Source of the DNA: Eledone cirrhosa
Taxonomy: Eukaryota
Reading direction: 5' to 3'
Assembly: GCA_964016885.1 (NCBI GenBank)
Contig: OZ024745.1
Location: 96,906,001 to 96,970,000, forward strand
Length of the DNA stretch: 64,000 nucleotides
Below the pieces are notes generated by a model. It ran no database searches. It worked only from the letters and a program-made list of their open reading frames with translations, and had not been told where the DNA came from. A program made the position numbers and the translations under genes. This document shows positions 1 to 12,471 of this stretch, one piece after another (positions within the stretch are counted from its first letter, which is position 1; every line of letters begins with the position of its first letter).

Positions 1-1119
1 ACTTTTAACATTTTCTCTATATGCTAGAAAGACCTAGAAAGATCAAGTAAATATAAAACCAATGTGATAAGTCCGCTGTTACAACCATACAATAATAGTC
101 TTCTGTTGCATATTACTTTAACTTTACAAATATATATATTTGCTGTTTATTAAAAAAATAAATATACCAACGAAATAGAATATCTCAGCTCAGGAATAAA
201 TGAAATAGGTAAACAAATTCAGCGTGTTTTTTATTTTCATTTTTACCAGATTGATATTATTTGGCAACCGATAGTTTCATCATCATATTAAGGAAAAACA
301 AGGACGTCCATTTTCGGTTTTTTTTTTTTTAATGTAATGCGATAACGCCTCGACAGTTCAGCTGAAGTAATAAGAATTGAAACAGTTAATGAATCTTTCT
401 CCTGTTTCTTTTGGGAAATTAAATATGCCATTACATTAGACAATTTTAAATTTGACTTATTTGAAAGAGTTTGGAGAACGACGTTCCCACAGCACTACAC
501 CCTTGTTTATACGAAACTAAGTTATATGATACATTTTTTCCCATTGAACTGTCATATATGTGGAATGTTTAGACACTTAGACGTTCACTTCACGAGAAGG
601 CTATTCCGTTGATCGAATAACTGGAACAGTCATCGTCGGAACCGATGGAGGTCCATTCCACTTCGCTCATGTTTCACTTATTTCAGTGCTTTCAATTGCT
701 CGGGTTTCATGCCGTTCATTCCACCTGAGAGAAATGGATTTAACTCTACACCGTTATCTGTTTGCGCATAAATAATGTGACATGGAATTGCATTCTATAT
801 TTTGTAGAAAGTTCTGTATCAAACCGCTTGAAACCACCTTTGATTTTGTGATATAAAACCTGTATATTTTAAAGTATTTATATTTATTCAAAAACATCCA
901 CCATAATTTTATGTTATGATTGTTGTTAAGCAATGTTTCGAATAGGAGCTTCTTAATGAAAACGTTAGTTACATCAAATCTTTCTAAATTCTTAATTATT
1001 TGCAAAATGACTAATGAACTATGTGCAGTATGTTTCATAACAAATTCAGAAAGTAGAGAAATCAGGAGATATAAATAATATTTGAAATTGCCTATAACAT
1101 GAAATCAGTTTCAATATTA

Positions 1120-1400
1120 GTGAAGGCACAACACTGCCATTACATAGTGTCCGAGTATCGCTGACTTATGGGCTTATGTTGAACATCTGCTGGTGTGTGT
1201 GGGATGGATCCGGCTATCAGCTGAGTCCATCAGTTGATAGCCCTCTATCACTGCCTGCCCTTCTTTAACCAGGAAGGGCAGGCATTTTTATATCTGCCTG
1301 GTGGCCATGGTGAAAGAGGTCGTATGGTGGACGCATCTGAAAGGTTTGAAGCCGGGCACTTTCCTTTTCGGCGACTCTCTCATTAATTTTTTTCATTGAA
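1120..1400 (+). pseudogene. 3' fragment of Tx1/L1-clade ORF2 (same family as elements at 20926-32845)
   Basis: Matches the reverse complement of the ORF2 C-terminal region of the Tx1 copies (e.g. tgtccgagtatcgctgacttatgg, ggtggccatggtgaaagaggtcgtatggtggacg). Confidence 0.75.
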
Positions 1401-1450
1401 ATCTTTTAACTCAAAATGTGCTAGTTTTCAATATATGTGTTGGTTATAGT

Positions 1451-1605
1451 TGCAGGCATAGTTGGGTAGTTAAGGAGCTTGCTTAACAAACACATGGTTT
1501 GGGGTTCAATCCCACTTTAGACAGGTGTACCTGCTATTGACTCAGGTTCACGATGCCTTGTGAATGAGATTTGGAAGACAGAAACAGTGTTGACGCTCGT
1601 GGTGT
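1451..1605 (+). mobile_element. Decayed tRNA-derived SINE
   Basis: A-box-like tagttgggtagttaagg, B-box ggggttcaatccc, ends in a TA-rich tail. A probable relative lies on the minus strand near 18680-18835. Confidence 0.5.
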
Positions 1606-1617
1606 ATATATAGGTAT

Positions 1618-1803
1618 ATAGGAAAAGAGTCAGGACCCGGACGACAGAGCGCCGGCCGTTTCGACAGCTAGATCTAGTTGTCGAAACGGTCGGAGCTCAG
1701 CCGTCGGGGTCAATGACTCTTTTCCTATTACCTACTCGACTACGCTAAATATCGAGTATCTGGTGCATTATGATCCACCCGGTAACTTACCACACCCTCT
1801 TTG
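1618..1803 (+). mobile_element. Fold-back PLE pseudo-LTR fragment carrying the 3' half of a hammerhead (GAAA-stem III-UC-gggg)
   Basis: Imperfect ~110-nt hairpin ggaaaagagtca...ctagatctag...tgactcttttcc. Related to 3663-3905, 45725-45830 and 48166-48293. Confidence 0.6.
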
Positions 1804-1812
1804 TTATATATG

Positions 1813-1824
<12 letters not shown>

Positions 1825-1852
<28 letters not shown>

Positions 1853-1921
1853 AGTGTTTGTGTGAGTGTATGTGTGAGTGTGTATGTGTGTGTGTGTGAG
1901 TGTATGTGTGTGTGTGTGTGA

Positions 1922-1956
<35 letters not shown>

Positions 1957-2565
1957 TGTGTGTGTGAGTGTGTGTGTGAGTGTATGTCTGTGTGTGTGTG
2001 TGTGTGAGTGTATGTGTGTGTGCGAGTGTGTATGTGTGTGTGTTAGTGTGAGTGAGAGTGTGTGTGTGTAAATGTGTGTGTGTGAGTGTGTGTGTGTGTG
2101 TGTGTGAGTGCGTGTGTGAGTGTGTGTGTGTATGTCTGTGTGTGTGTATGTGTGTGAGTGTGTGTGTGTGTGCGAGTGTGTATGTGTGTATGTCTGTGTG
2201 TGTGTATGTGTGTGAGTGTGTGTGTGTGTGCGAGTGTGTATGTGTGTGTGAGAGTGTGTGTGTGTGAGTGTGTGAGTGTGTGTGTGTGTGAGTGTGTGGG
2301 TGTGTGTGTGTGTATGTCTGTGTGTGTATGTGTGTGAGTGTGTGTGTGTGTGAGTGAGAGTGTGTGTGTGTGTGTGTGTGTGTGTGAGTGTGGGTGTGTG
2401 TGTGAGTGTATGTCTGTGTGTGTGTGTGTGTGAGTGTATGTGTGTGTGCGAGTGTGTATGTGTGTGTGTTAGTGTGAGTGAGAGTGTGTGTGTGTAAATG
2501 TGTGTGTGTGTGTGTGTGTGAGTGCGTGTGTGAGTGTGTGCGTGAGTATATGTGTGTGTGTGTGT

Positions 2566-2596
<31 letters not shown>

Positions 2597-2987
2597 AGTG
2601 CGTGTGTGCGTGAGTATATGTGTGTGTGTGTGTGCGTGTGTGTGTGGGTGTGTGTGTGAGTGTGTGTGTGTATGTCTGTGTGTGTGTATGTGTGTGAGCG
2701 TGTGTGTGTGTGCGAGCGTGTATGTGTGTGTGTTAGTGAGAGTGTGTGTGTGTGAGTGTGTGTGTGTGAGTGTGTGTGTGTGTGAGTGTGTGTGTGTGTG
2801 TGTATGTCTGTGTGTGTATGTGTGTGAGTGTGTGTGTGTGTTAGTGTGAGTGAAAGTGTGTGTGTGTGTGTGTGTGTGTGAGTGTGTGTGTGTATGTCTG
2901 TGTGTGTATGTGTGTGAGTGTGTGTGTGTGTTAGTGTGAGTGAGAGTGTGTGTGTGTGTGTGTGTGTGTGTGAGTGTGTGTGTGTGT
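1825..2987. repeat. Compound (TG)n microsatellite with TGAG/TATG interruptions
   Basis: Seen directly. Explains the His-Thr and Val-Cys pseudo-ORFs. Confidence 0.98.
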
Positions 2988-3074
2988 AAAACAAATGAAA
3001 CTCAAGCCAAAATCTCATTTTGGGTGGGTAAAAGCTAATCGGCTACAAGAAAATCGCTTTTAAGTTATATAACA

Positions 3075-3170
3075 CCCGACCATGGTTTCTGGAACTCAAG
3101 ATACAACATCTGCTATTCCAAGACATTGGAGTAACCAATATTGGAAGAATTTCAGTTCCTTCATCGGGGG
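3075..3170 (-). ncRNA. Type I hammerhead ribozyme, variant core CCGAUGA, long stem II
   Basis: Minus strand reads ccc-CCGAUGA-A-GGAACU...AGUUCC-A-GAAA-CCAUGG-UC-ggg, with palindromic stem III. Confidence 0.7.
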
Positions 3171-3595
3171 GAAGAATTCTTAGGAATAAGGGGACAAGTT
3201 GAAAATATATTATACATCCCGTTTCGTTGCTAGACTGCATGGTGAACAAGGTGTATCATTGAATTACTATATCAATATATTCCACCGAAAGGGACAAGTT
3301 GAATATATATCATACATATGATGCTGTTAGTATACCACCTGGTGAACAACGTGTTGCAACGCTGAATATCTCGCACTTAATGTATTAACACAATACGACG
3401 AGCTTATAATGATGCTAGAAATAGCAGGCAAAATTGTCTAAATCAGCTCAAAAATGATGGAACAGTCAATATTGATTTATAACTCTATAAAATCTAATAT
3501 ATTTTAACACTTCCCCTCTGAGTAGAAAATTTGTTGATATATCGTAATCTTTCATTGGGGTGTTTATATATCAGAGTCAGTTAACTTTATCGAGT

Positions 3596-3662
<67 letters not shown>

Positions 3663-3664
<2 letters not shown>

Positions 3665-3900
3665 CGAAGGAAATGTGGTAAGGAACCAGGTGGACCATAA
3701 CGCACCAAAGTACTCAATACTTGGGGTAGTAGAGTGGGTAATAGGAACCAGTAAGACCCCGACAGCTGAGCTCAAGTCGTTTCGACGGCTAATTCTGGAT
3801 TCTAATTCTTCCCCCCGATGAAGAAATTCTTCCCCCCGATTAAGAGTCCAGAATTAGCCGTCGAAACGACTTGAGCTCAGCTGTCGGGGTCTTACTGGTT

Positions 3901-3905
<5 letters not shown>
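3663..3905. mobile_element. Fold-back PLE pseudo-LTR mini-element between (TA)n tracts, with hammerhead-like motif
   Basis: Inverted repeat of about 60 bp (3741-3800 vs 3846-3905). Plus strand has cccc-CCGAUGA (3815)...GAAA (3863)...G-UC-gggg (3883-3889). Stem II is scrambled by a short duplication. Confidence 0.6.
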
Positions 3906-3936
<31 letters not shown>

Positions 3937-4140
3937 TAAGTTAAAAATGCATACTGAAATACTAGTATGCATATGAATACACACACGTATACATATGTAG
4001 ATGTACCAAGTCTTTCACTGGTTACTTTACTGTGAGTATCCAGCTATTCTGTATGTAAACACACAGACAAACCGGTTTTTAGAGTCATACTGGTTGTTGA
4101 GGAAACACCTTTCCTCTATTCTCCAGAAAGCCAGACAAGG

Positions 4141-4185
4141 AATATTGAACTAGTTTCGTTGTTGTTACAACTCATCAGCAATATT
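4141..4185 (-). ncRNA. Minimal type I hammerhead ribozyme
   Basis: Reverse complement of 4394-4438. Confidence 0.85.
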
Positions 4186-4393
4186 TACCTATCTACCGGC
4201 CTTTCTGGAGAATCGTAAAAGCACATATCGTTATATGCTTTTTCTATGAAAATTAGTAGTGGGCAGACTAATTTGCATAGAGTGTGAGTACTCACACTCT
4301 ATGCAAATTAGTCTGCCCACTACTAATTTTCATAGAAAAAGCATATAACGATATGTGCTTTTACGATTCTCCAGAAAGGCCGGTAGATAGGTA

Positions 4394-4438
4394 AATATTG
4401 CTGATGAGTTGTAACAACAACGAAACTAGTTCAATATT
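4394..4438 (+). ncRNA. Minimal type I hammerhead ribozyme
   Basis: AAUAUUG-CUGAUGA-GUUGU(AACA)ACAAC-GAAA-CUAG-UU-CAAUAUU: 7-bp stem I, 5-bp stem II, palindromic ACUAGU stem III. Confidence 0.85.
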
Positions 4439-4726
4439 CCTTGTCTGGCTTTCTGGAGAATAGAGGAAAGGTGTTTCCTCAACAACCAGTATGACTCTAA
4501 AAACCGGTTTGTCTGTGTGTTTACATACAGGATAGCTGGATACTCACAGTAAAGTAACCAGTGAAAGACTTGGTACATCTACATATGTATACGTGTGTGT
4601 ATTCATATGCATACTAGTATTTCAGTATGCATATGTAGATGTACATTTTTAACTTAATTGTTTAAGCGTCAGTCATACAAAAGTGAGTTACAAACGAAAC
4701 GAAATTTAATTTCGTTTCGTTATTTG

Positions 4727-4789
<63 letters not shown>

Positions 4790-4792
<3 letters not shown>

Positions 4793-7700
4793 TTGGGTAT
4801 GACATTAAACTACATCCAGTGGCAAGGCTCCAGTTCGGGAGTTCAGGAGATGTGGGGAATATGGAGTTACCCCTTAGTTGTCATGACTCCCAGGTCTGCC
4901 CTGGCCCGGGGTGGTAGTACCTGTTAGGGCTCCATTTATGGGTTAAATAACTACCTTATTCGAGTGGCGCCGGTAAGGTATTGTCAGCCATTGAAAAGAA
5001 ATATGGAGAGTCGATCTAACAGCACTAGGGTTAGAGCCCCTAATTACACTGTCAAGGAGCAGCCTGGTCGTTATGACTCTGCTGGCTTAGAGCCACAGAG
5101 AGGGCCAGTGGATGATGGATCAGCTGTCTCTGAGACAAATATAAAGAATGCAGTTTTGTCCTGCAGAAGAGCCATCAAAATGGGCACTTTGAATGTGAGG
5201 ACTATTCGAACGCTGGAGAAGAGAGAGGAGTTGGGACATCTGTTCGAGGAGAGTGGTATACAGATACTTGCGATCCAAGAACACAGGATTCTACACGATG
5301 AGCCCGTGAGGAGTGTGATGATCGGGAGGAAGAGCCAGCTCATCACTACATCGGCAGTGAAGAACACAACAAATGCTGCAGTAGGAGGAGTGGGTTTTGT
5401 GTTCAGTGCAAAAACCAATCTGTTGGTGAGGGAAATAATGCCTATCTCCCCGCGAGTGTTGAGGGTGACCTTCAATGGAAACCCAAGACTGACAGTCATC
5501 TCAGCCTATAGTCCAACCGAGGGGGACAGTGATGTGAATGCCGAGGAGTTCCATGAGGAAGTGTGTAGAGCTGTCAACACCACTCAGGCACACAATATCC
5601 TGCTTGTTTTGGGGGACTTCAATGCACATCTGAGTAAGGAGGGCAGTGAAGATCCTTACTGGTACTTCCATAACAACACCAACCGAAATGGAAGACTACT
5701 GAGAGACACCCTGCTGGAGGCGAACTTGATGGCGACCAACCTAAGGTTTAGGAAGAATCTGGGGAAGATGTGGACCTACATCTCAGATATGCACCTGTCC
5801 AAGTCCCAGATTGATTTCATTCTGGTGAGGAAAAAGTGGCGGAATAGTGTTCTGAACACGGAACCATACAGCTATTTCAGTACACTGGGTAGTGACCACC
5901 GGCTTGTTATGAGTGAGGTCCGCGTGAGCTTAAGAAAGAGCAAGGCTCAGCCCCGGAGAACAATCTATGACTGGGGAGCTTTCAAGGAAGATGATAAGCT
6001 ACAGGAGAGGTTCACAGTGGAAGTGAGAAACAGGTTTAGTGCTCTGTGTGGAGAGTCAGAGGAGAGAGAGATTGGATGGACTGAGGAGAGTGTGACGAGG
6101 AGGTACGGGCACTTCACCAATGCAGTGGCGAAAGCAAGTGAAACCCTGGTGCCGAGGAAAAAGAACAAAGGGAAGCACGTCAGCTCTGCAGACCCAAAAG
6201 TGTGTGCAGCCAGAGAACACCTGAAAGCTGCCAGGGACCAATTCTATGCTGATCCTACGGAGGAGAGGATGGAGACTGTGGAGGTGATGAGGGAAGAGCT
6301 CTGTACCGCTTACACTGAGGTCAGAGAGGAGGCACTGATAGAGAAGATCAGAAGTGTGGAGAGAGCGGTTGACAGATCTGGATGTAAGGAGAGCTGGATG
6401 ATCATCAACGAGATCACAGGGAGGAAGAAAAGGTGTTCGAGTCAGATCCAGGGAACGGGGCCCGAGGATAGGAAGAGGAAATGGCTAGACCATTTTAGGA
6501 CCCTACTAGGAGAGCCACCCTCCACAGCCCAGAGCACTGGGGAGATCAGGCGGCTGTTTGAGGAACTGGATGTTGAGACAGAGCCCTTCACCAGAGAGGA
6601 GCTTCAGAGAGCCAAGAAGAAGATCAAGGAGGGCAAGGCTCATGGAGAAGATGGAGTAGCATCAGAGGTGATGAAGTGGTGTGATTTTGATGATATCATC
6701 CTGGGGTTCTGTAACGGGGCACTGGAGAAAGGAGTTGCCCCGAATCAGTGGAGGATCAGTAACATCGTCCCAGTGCCAAAGAAGGGAGATCTCTCTAACA
6801 CCAACAACTACCGGGGGATCTCACTGACGTCACTTGTGGCAAAGACCCTCAACAGGATGATTCTTAACAGGATCCAGCCTGAGATGGAGAAGAAGCTCAG
6901 GGACAACCAGAACGGCTTCAGAGAGGGTAGATCAACCACCAGTCACATCCTGATGCTGAGGAGGATATTAGAGGGAGCTAGAGCAAAGTGCCTTCCTGCG
7001 GTCATGGTTTTCATTGACTTTAGGAAGGCCTTTGATTCTGTGGACCGTTACTGCCTGATGAAGATCTTACAGGCTTATGGAATCCCCAAGAAGATAGTGG
7101 ACCTGATATCACTGCTCTACACCAACACCAAAGCCCAAGTCATTACACCTGATGGGATGACAGAGTTCTTTGAGATACTGGCTGGAGTGCTCCAGGGAGA
7201 TACATTGGCTCCCTACCTTTTTGTCATCGTAGTGGACTATTGTATGCGCCTTGCACTGGAGAAACACCAGGACTCTGGCTTTACTGTAGCACCGGCTCAG
7301 AGCAGGAGAGTTGGGGCGAAAAAGGTATCGGATGCTGAATTTGCCGACGACATAGTTTTGGTGACAAATACAGTGAAGGAGGCAGAGGATTTGATGCGGG
7401 AGGTTGAGACTGTGTCGATGAGTGTGGGGCTGAGAATGAATGAGACTAAAACAAAATATCTGGTAGAGAATGTTGAGAAGCCAGAGGGGATCACTAATGT
7501 AGGCGGGAAGCCGCTGGAATTGGTTGAGGACTTCCTGTATTTGGGAGCAAAGATTGGGAATACGGAAGATGATGTGGTTGAGAGGAAGAGCAAGGCCTGG
7601 GCGGCGTGCCACAGCTTGAGATCGGTGTGGAAGTCGGACCTTCGTAGAGACCTGAAAATCCGCCTCTTCATTGCTGTAGTGGAGTCTGTGCTGCTGTATG

Positions 7701-8098
7701 GGTCTGAGACTTGGACACTGACCAAGAGACTCACTCAGATGGTGGATGGGTGCTACACGAGAATGCTGAGGATGGCTCTGAACATTAATCAGTATACACT
7801 GAGGATGAAAAACTCAGAGCTGTATGGGAGCCTCCCAAAAGTCAGCTCAAAAGTGACACAGAGGAGACTGAGGTTGGCTGGACATGCTCACCGACATCCA
7901 GAGTTGACATTGCACTCCGTGCTCCTTTGGGAGCCCCTACATGGACACACTGGAAGAGGAAGACCAAGGTTAACATATGTTGATGCCCTAAGGACAGACA
8001 CTGGTCTGTTGGAGACGCAGGACATGGCAGCGATAATGAGGGACAGAGACCGCTGGAGAGAGCTCGTCCATGGATCTCGGGAATTTTACCCGCCTTAG
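4790..8098 (+). mobile_element. Full-length RTE-clade LINE inserted in (TA)n
   Basis: GC-richer island bounded by (TA)n on both sides, with a short 5' UTR and a single EN-RT ORF. Confidence 0.93.
4964..8098 (+). CDS. RTE LINE protein: APE endonuclease plus reverse transcriptase (first ATG at 5003)
   Basis: Motifs GTLNVRT, AIQEHR, YSPT, GDFNA, IDFIL, SDH (endonuclease); [38 protein letters not shown] (RT); C-terminal RGRPR...R..W. No internal stops. Confidence 0.95.
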   Translation: MAPVRYCQPLKRNMESRSNSTRVRAPNYTVKEQPGRYDSAGLEPQRGPVDDGSAVSETNIKNAVLSCRRAIKMGTLNVRTIRTLEKREELGHLFEESGIQILAIQEHRILHDEPVRSVMIGRKSQLITTSAVKNTTNAAVGGVGFVFSAKTNLLVREIMPISPRVLRVTFNGNPRLTVISAYSPTEGDSDVNAEEFHEEVCRAVNTTQAHNILLVLGDFNAHLSKEGSEDPYWYFHNNTNRNGRLLRDTLLEANLMATNLRFRKNLGKMWTYISDMHLSKSQIDFILVRKKWRNSVLNTEPYSYFSTLGSDHRLVMSEVRVSLRKSKAQPRRTIYDWGAFKEDDKLQERFTVEVRNRFSALCGESEEREIGWTEESVTRRYGHFTNAVAKASETLVPRKKNKGKHVSSADPKVCAAREHLKAARDQFYADPTEERMETVEVMREELCTAYTEVREEALIEKIRSVERAVDRSGCKESWMIINEITGRKKRCSSQIQGTGPEDRKRKWLDHFRTLLGEPPSTAQSTGEIRRLFEELDVETEPFTREELQRAKKKIKEGKAHGEDGVASEVMKWCDFDDIILGFCNGALEKGVAPNQWRISNIVPVPKKGDLSNTNNYRGISLTSLVAKTLNRMILNRIQPEMEKKLRDNQNGFREGRSTTSHILMLRRILEGARAKCLPAVMVFIDFRKAFDSVDRYCLMKILQAYGIPKKIVDLISLLYTNTKAQVITPDGMTEFFEILAGVLQGDTLAPYLFVIVVDYCMRLALEKHQDSGFTVAPAQSRRVGAKKVSDAEFADDIVLVTNTVKEAEDLMREVETVSMSVGLRMNETKTKYLVENVEKPEGITNVGGKPLELVEDFLYLGAKIGNTEDDVVERKSKAWAACHSLRSVWKSDLRRDLKIRLFIAVVESVLLYGSETWTLTKRLTQMVDGCYTRMLRMALNINQYTLRMKNSELYGSLPKVSSKVTQRRLRLAGHAHRHPELTLHSVLLWEPLHGHTGRGRPRLTYVDALRTDTGLLETQDMAAIMRDRDRWRELVHGSREFYPP

Positions 8099-8728
<630 letters not shown>

Positions 8729-8778
8729 AAATCAGGAAAGAAGGTTGACATGGTTTGCTATACAAAAAAGGTTTTTAA

Positions 8779-8902
8779 TCTCATAGCTGACAATTGTTTC
8801 TCTGAACTGGTAGGTCTAGAGATCGCTATTCGCTTATTTTCACGTTACTCGATCGCCAATACAAAAAAATTATAACCAGTCAGTTCTTCGGAGCATGCGA
8901 GA
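8779..8902 (-). ncRNA. Type I hammerhead, variant core CCGAAGA, very long stem II (3' pLTR of PLE1)
   Basis: ucucgcaugcu-CCGAAGA-A-CUGA-CUGGU...ACCAG-U-UCAG-A-GAAA-CAAUUG-UC-agcuaugaga. Confidence 0.72.
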
Positions 8903-9266
8903 ATGAAGAGTATACACAGGCAAGAAAAGAATATACAGGCTACTATATGAAGTAGTAATGGCATTCAGTTAGAACAATAACAACAATGCTATTAATAAAT
9001 TATTTGAGGAGACCCTGACATTACTTAGGTGGGGGGTATAGTGTATCTAAGATTACGGCGTGTAAAACTAGCTGTCATGAGGCAAATGTAAGAGTTTGGC
9101 ATGTACAGAGTATCGAAGTGTGTATCAATTTTAAATTATAAAGATAAGCCAGTATTTACAGTCTTTCTTTTCATCTTCAATAACATACAGGAGTGGGACA
9201 ACACTGTCAAAGCTAAATAGTTGTTGAGTTAATACAGAGGTTAACGAGGTAATATACGCATATATT

Positions 9267-9363
<97 letters not shown>

Positions 9364-9676
9364 GCATGTGTACATAGACACATACATACACATCAATATA
9401 CACTCGTACAAAAATATACATACATGCAAAGAGATAAGCGTGCTAATTGTAATTATGGCAAAAGGAAGGTAAAGTTACATTGTAGTAGTGATTTGAGAAA
9501 AACTAGGATTTAGGATCATATGATGGCAGCAGCTGAGAAGGAATAAGTTTGTGGGTTGATGAGGTACTTACAGACATTTGTGTGGTATAGACTTGTGAAG
9601 GCTAGAGTATACTTAATGGATATATTTCTGTGGGTAGTAGGTATCCTAATTTAAAGCTATGTTGTGTTGGTTCGAT

Positions 9677-12079
9677 TCACGGAGGTTTGAATCTTATGAA
9701 TTTAGTGGCAATTCTATGTCTGCAGAAGATAGATCTTTCTAACTTATTGTTAAGTAGCCTTTTTACATTTTTGAGGATATACAATAGCTCAAGATCACAT
9801 AGCCCGCAGTGGGACATCCCTGTACTATAGGTTTTAGCAGCCGACAACTTCGACCAGTTGATACTGTAGTTAGTGCTACTGTCCTTTAGTTCCCATATTT
9901 TTTTGGCGAGGGTTGTGGAACCCATAAGTGTACGGTTCTTCATTGAGTGCCTGTGCACATACCATCTTTTTTTAAAAGAACCCGCGGTGGATCCTATGTA
10001 ATTCCAGGTGGAGTTACCCGAGATGACCGTGCACATGTACACTAGGCTCGAATCGAGACATCTGTTCGCCAATGGGCACCTATCTGGTAGGTGACAGTTA
10101 CAGTTTGAGGCGCTATTTTGTGCAGCTTTTACATTCCTGTTTAGTACTCTGTTATAAGTGGGTTGTGATATATGCCCAATGGGGTTTTGCTGCTGCGCAT
10201 TTGTATGCGCTTGTGGTTGTGATGTTGTGATGTGTTTGTGCTTATAATTTGGTGCTACGTTATGTATAGGTGCAGTTTATTTACTAGAGATATTTCTGTG
10301 GTTGATCTTGCGTATGTGTGATTCTATGTTTGCTGCTGTTGAGTATGAGAGTTTTATAGTAGATCTATTGAGTATTTTGTGATATCTATGCGAGATAGGG
10401 AAGTGTTTATCTATTAGTTTAAAGAATGTAGAGGGCAGTCTAGTTTTTATAGAGGAGTTGAATATTGGGTTGAACCATAGGTATTTTCTTTGTCTGTTTC
10501 TTCTATTGTTTCTTGGGTTTACGTTATTAGTGTTTTGGCCGTTTACTCCAGGTGTTACGTGTCTAACCCTATGTCTAGTCAAGTTATTTCTATTATTATG
10601 TGAGCGGTTGGAGTAGTAATTACTAGGATTGTTTACGTTGTCTTTATTCACTATATACTGCAGTTTATCTTTATGACCAGCCCTACGTAATGCTGCATTA
10701 TAATAGTCAGCATGCTCGTTAAAGATTTCTAGGTTTGAGGATAAGCGGGATATTCGGAGGGATATACTACGTGCTATGGATCTAATTATGGATTTGGAGT
10801 AATTTGAGTTGTAACTAATGTAGGCAAGATTTTCATTATTTTTGTGGAAAGGTTCTATTAATCCAGTATTTAGATTTAGAGTCACATCTAGAAAATTTAC
10901 CTTCTTATGGTTCAGTTCGTAGGTAATACCTAGGCCTAGTTTTTTTAAGAATATTCTAATATTTTTTCTTAGTCTTTCCATGCTCTGGTTGTTTAGGTTC
11001 CTAGCTATAAGTAACGTGTCGTCCCTATAAATTCCTCCTTGGAGGTTACTGAATTCCTTATGTAGGTTGTGTGCTATGAATAGCTCCACGATATCTGTGA
11101 TTTGCACAGAATCATTTGATCCCATTGTTATATCGAAGCTATTTATTCTATCCTTTCTTACCCAGTAGCTATTTTCAAATTTATGATAGTCCTTCTAGCC
11201 GCTATTATTATTTCAATTTCATCATGGGTAAGATCAGAGTTATTTTGGGCAAATATAAGCGCCTTATCTAGGGTAGCTGGGGATATGGATGCATAGTAGT
11301 CGTCTATATCAAATTGTATGAAGTTACACGTCTCCCTATTTTGTATTTTATTGAACCATTTAATTGCCTCGTTAGTGTTGCCCCACAAATTGATTTCTAG
11401 TTTACCCTTTATTTGTGCGATTACCCTATCTAGAATGTTCTTGCTAATTTTACCTTTGTCTGACTTGGATGGGCATATTAATCTAATGGTGGGATTAGTT
11501 TCAAAGTTATTTTTGTGATCCTTCAGGTTAAATGTTGGGTTGCACGGGGTTAGCGGTTCGGTCCTATCTGGAATTCCGAGTTTATTAACTATCTTGAGGC
11601 CCTCCATGTTTATGCTGGTCAGTGTAGATTCATTTGTTTTTTTATATTTTTTTATGTAGTTCACGCTGGATAAAGCTAATGTATGTGTTAATGTCCATAG
11701 AGTATACGTTTGATGTTTTGTCTGCATTTACTATGATACCGTTAGTGTCTTTTAGTTTTTTTAGTAATGTATTTAAGTCATTTTGCAATTTGTTGTGATT
11801 TGTTCCTTTTTTAAATTTAGTTTCACTTATCATGTTCATAAGGTCCAGCTCGAAGGCATCGAGTGCTGGGTTGTTTGGCGGGTTTTTGCAGGATTTAAAC
11901 CCGTAATTCTCCTTAGAAAATTCCTTTGCGTTGGTATTCGGTCCCTTATCGAAATGGTAAGCTTTCCATCGGACCCTGCGGATGAAATCATTAGTCCGTC
12001 GTATCATGCCCAGTGTATAGTCCTTTTTTGTAGGTATAGGTATGTTTTTCAGTGACATACCTATACGGTGCTTCTCCAT
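9677..12079 (-). pseudogene. PLE1 RT-GIY-YIG ORF broken by frameshifts and a TAA at 10277
   Basis: ORF-track pieces join up: NADKTSN, FIQFDIDDYY, MGSNDS, GIYRDD, NFLDVTL, WFNP. The linker CNC...CPL...CL is in frame after the stop, followed by LVY...YIGST...FKKR, CGLC, CRH. Confidence 0.92.
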
Positions 12080-12350
12080 GTTGTTGCCGTGCGTTAATGG
12101 TGTTGCTCGACCAGGTGGGAGCTAAATATACGGGGTAACAAATAATAGTTAAATGCAGTCCACTTAGGTATAGTCCAGTTATGGTATTCCAGGTAGTGGA
12201 TGATATTAACGCTTGGCTTGGTTTGACTCAACAAGGCGTTTTCATAGTGATGCTGCGGGTATGCTGTAATTCCTATGTTGTAAACACTTGGAGTAATAAT
12301 AAATCAGGAAAGAAGGTTGACATGGTTTGCTATACAAAAAAGGTTTTTAA

Positions 12351-12471
12351 TCTCATAGCTGACAATTGTTTCTCTGAACTGGTAGGTCTAGAGATCGCTA
12401 TTCGCTTATTTTCACGTTACTCGATCGCCAATACAAAATTATAACCAGTCAGTTCTTCGGAGCATGCGAGA
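12351..12471 (-). ncRNA. Type I hammerhead, variant core CCGAAGA, very long stem II (5' pLTR of PLE1)
   Basis: Second copy of 8779-8902. Predicted cut between 12361 and 12360. Confidence 0.72.

Larger units (their letters stand above)
3932..4731. mobile_element. Spacer-less palindrome (centre 4289/4290) of the 467-bp HHR-bearing unit
   Basis: Arms are reverse complements over ~340 bp around gagt|actc. The same sequence occurs in tandem at 61440-62366. Confidence 0.92.

Noticed and set aside
1804-3018. 404-aa His/Thr ORF, and all YI, CV, poly-M/I, poly-L/S and poly-K/F ORFs in the track
   Set aside because: Translations of (CA)n, (TA)n, (GAT)n, (AGT)n and (AAG)n microsatellites.
5071-7734. 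Antisense ORFs over the RTE, and similar ones over the Tx1 and PLE copies
   Set aside because: Shadow frames of coding sequence with no motifs.
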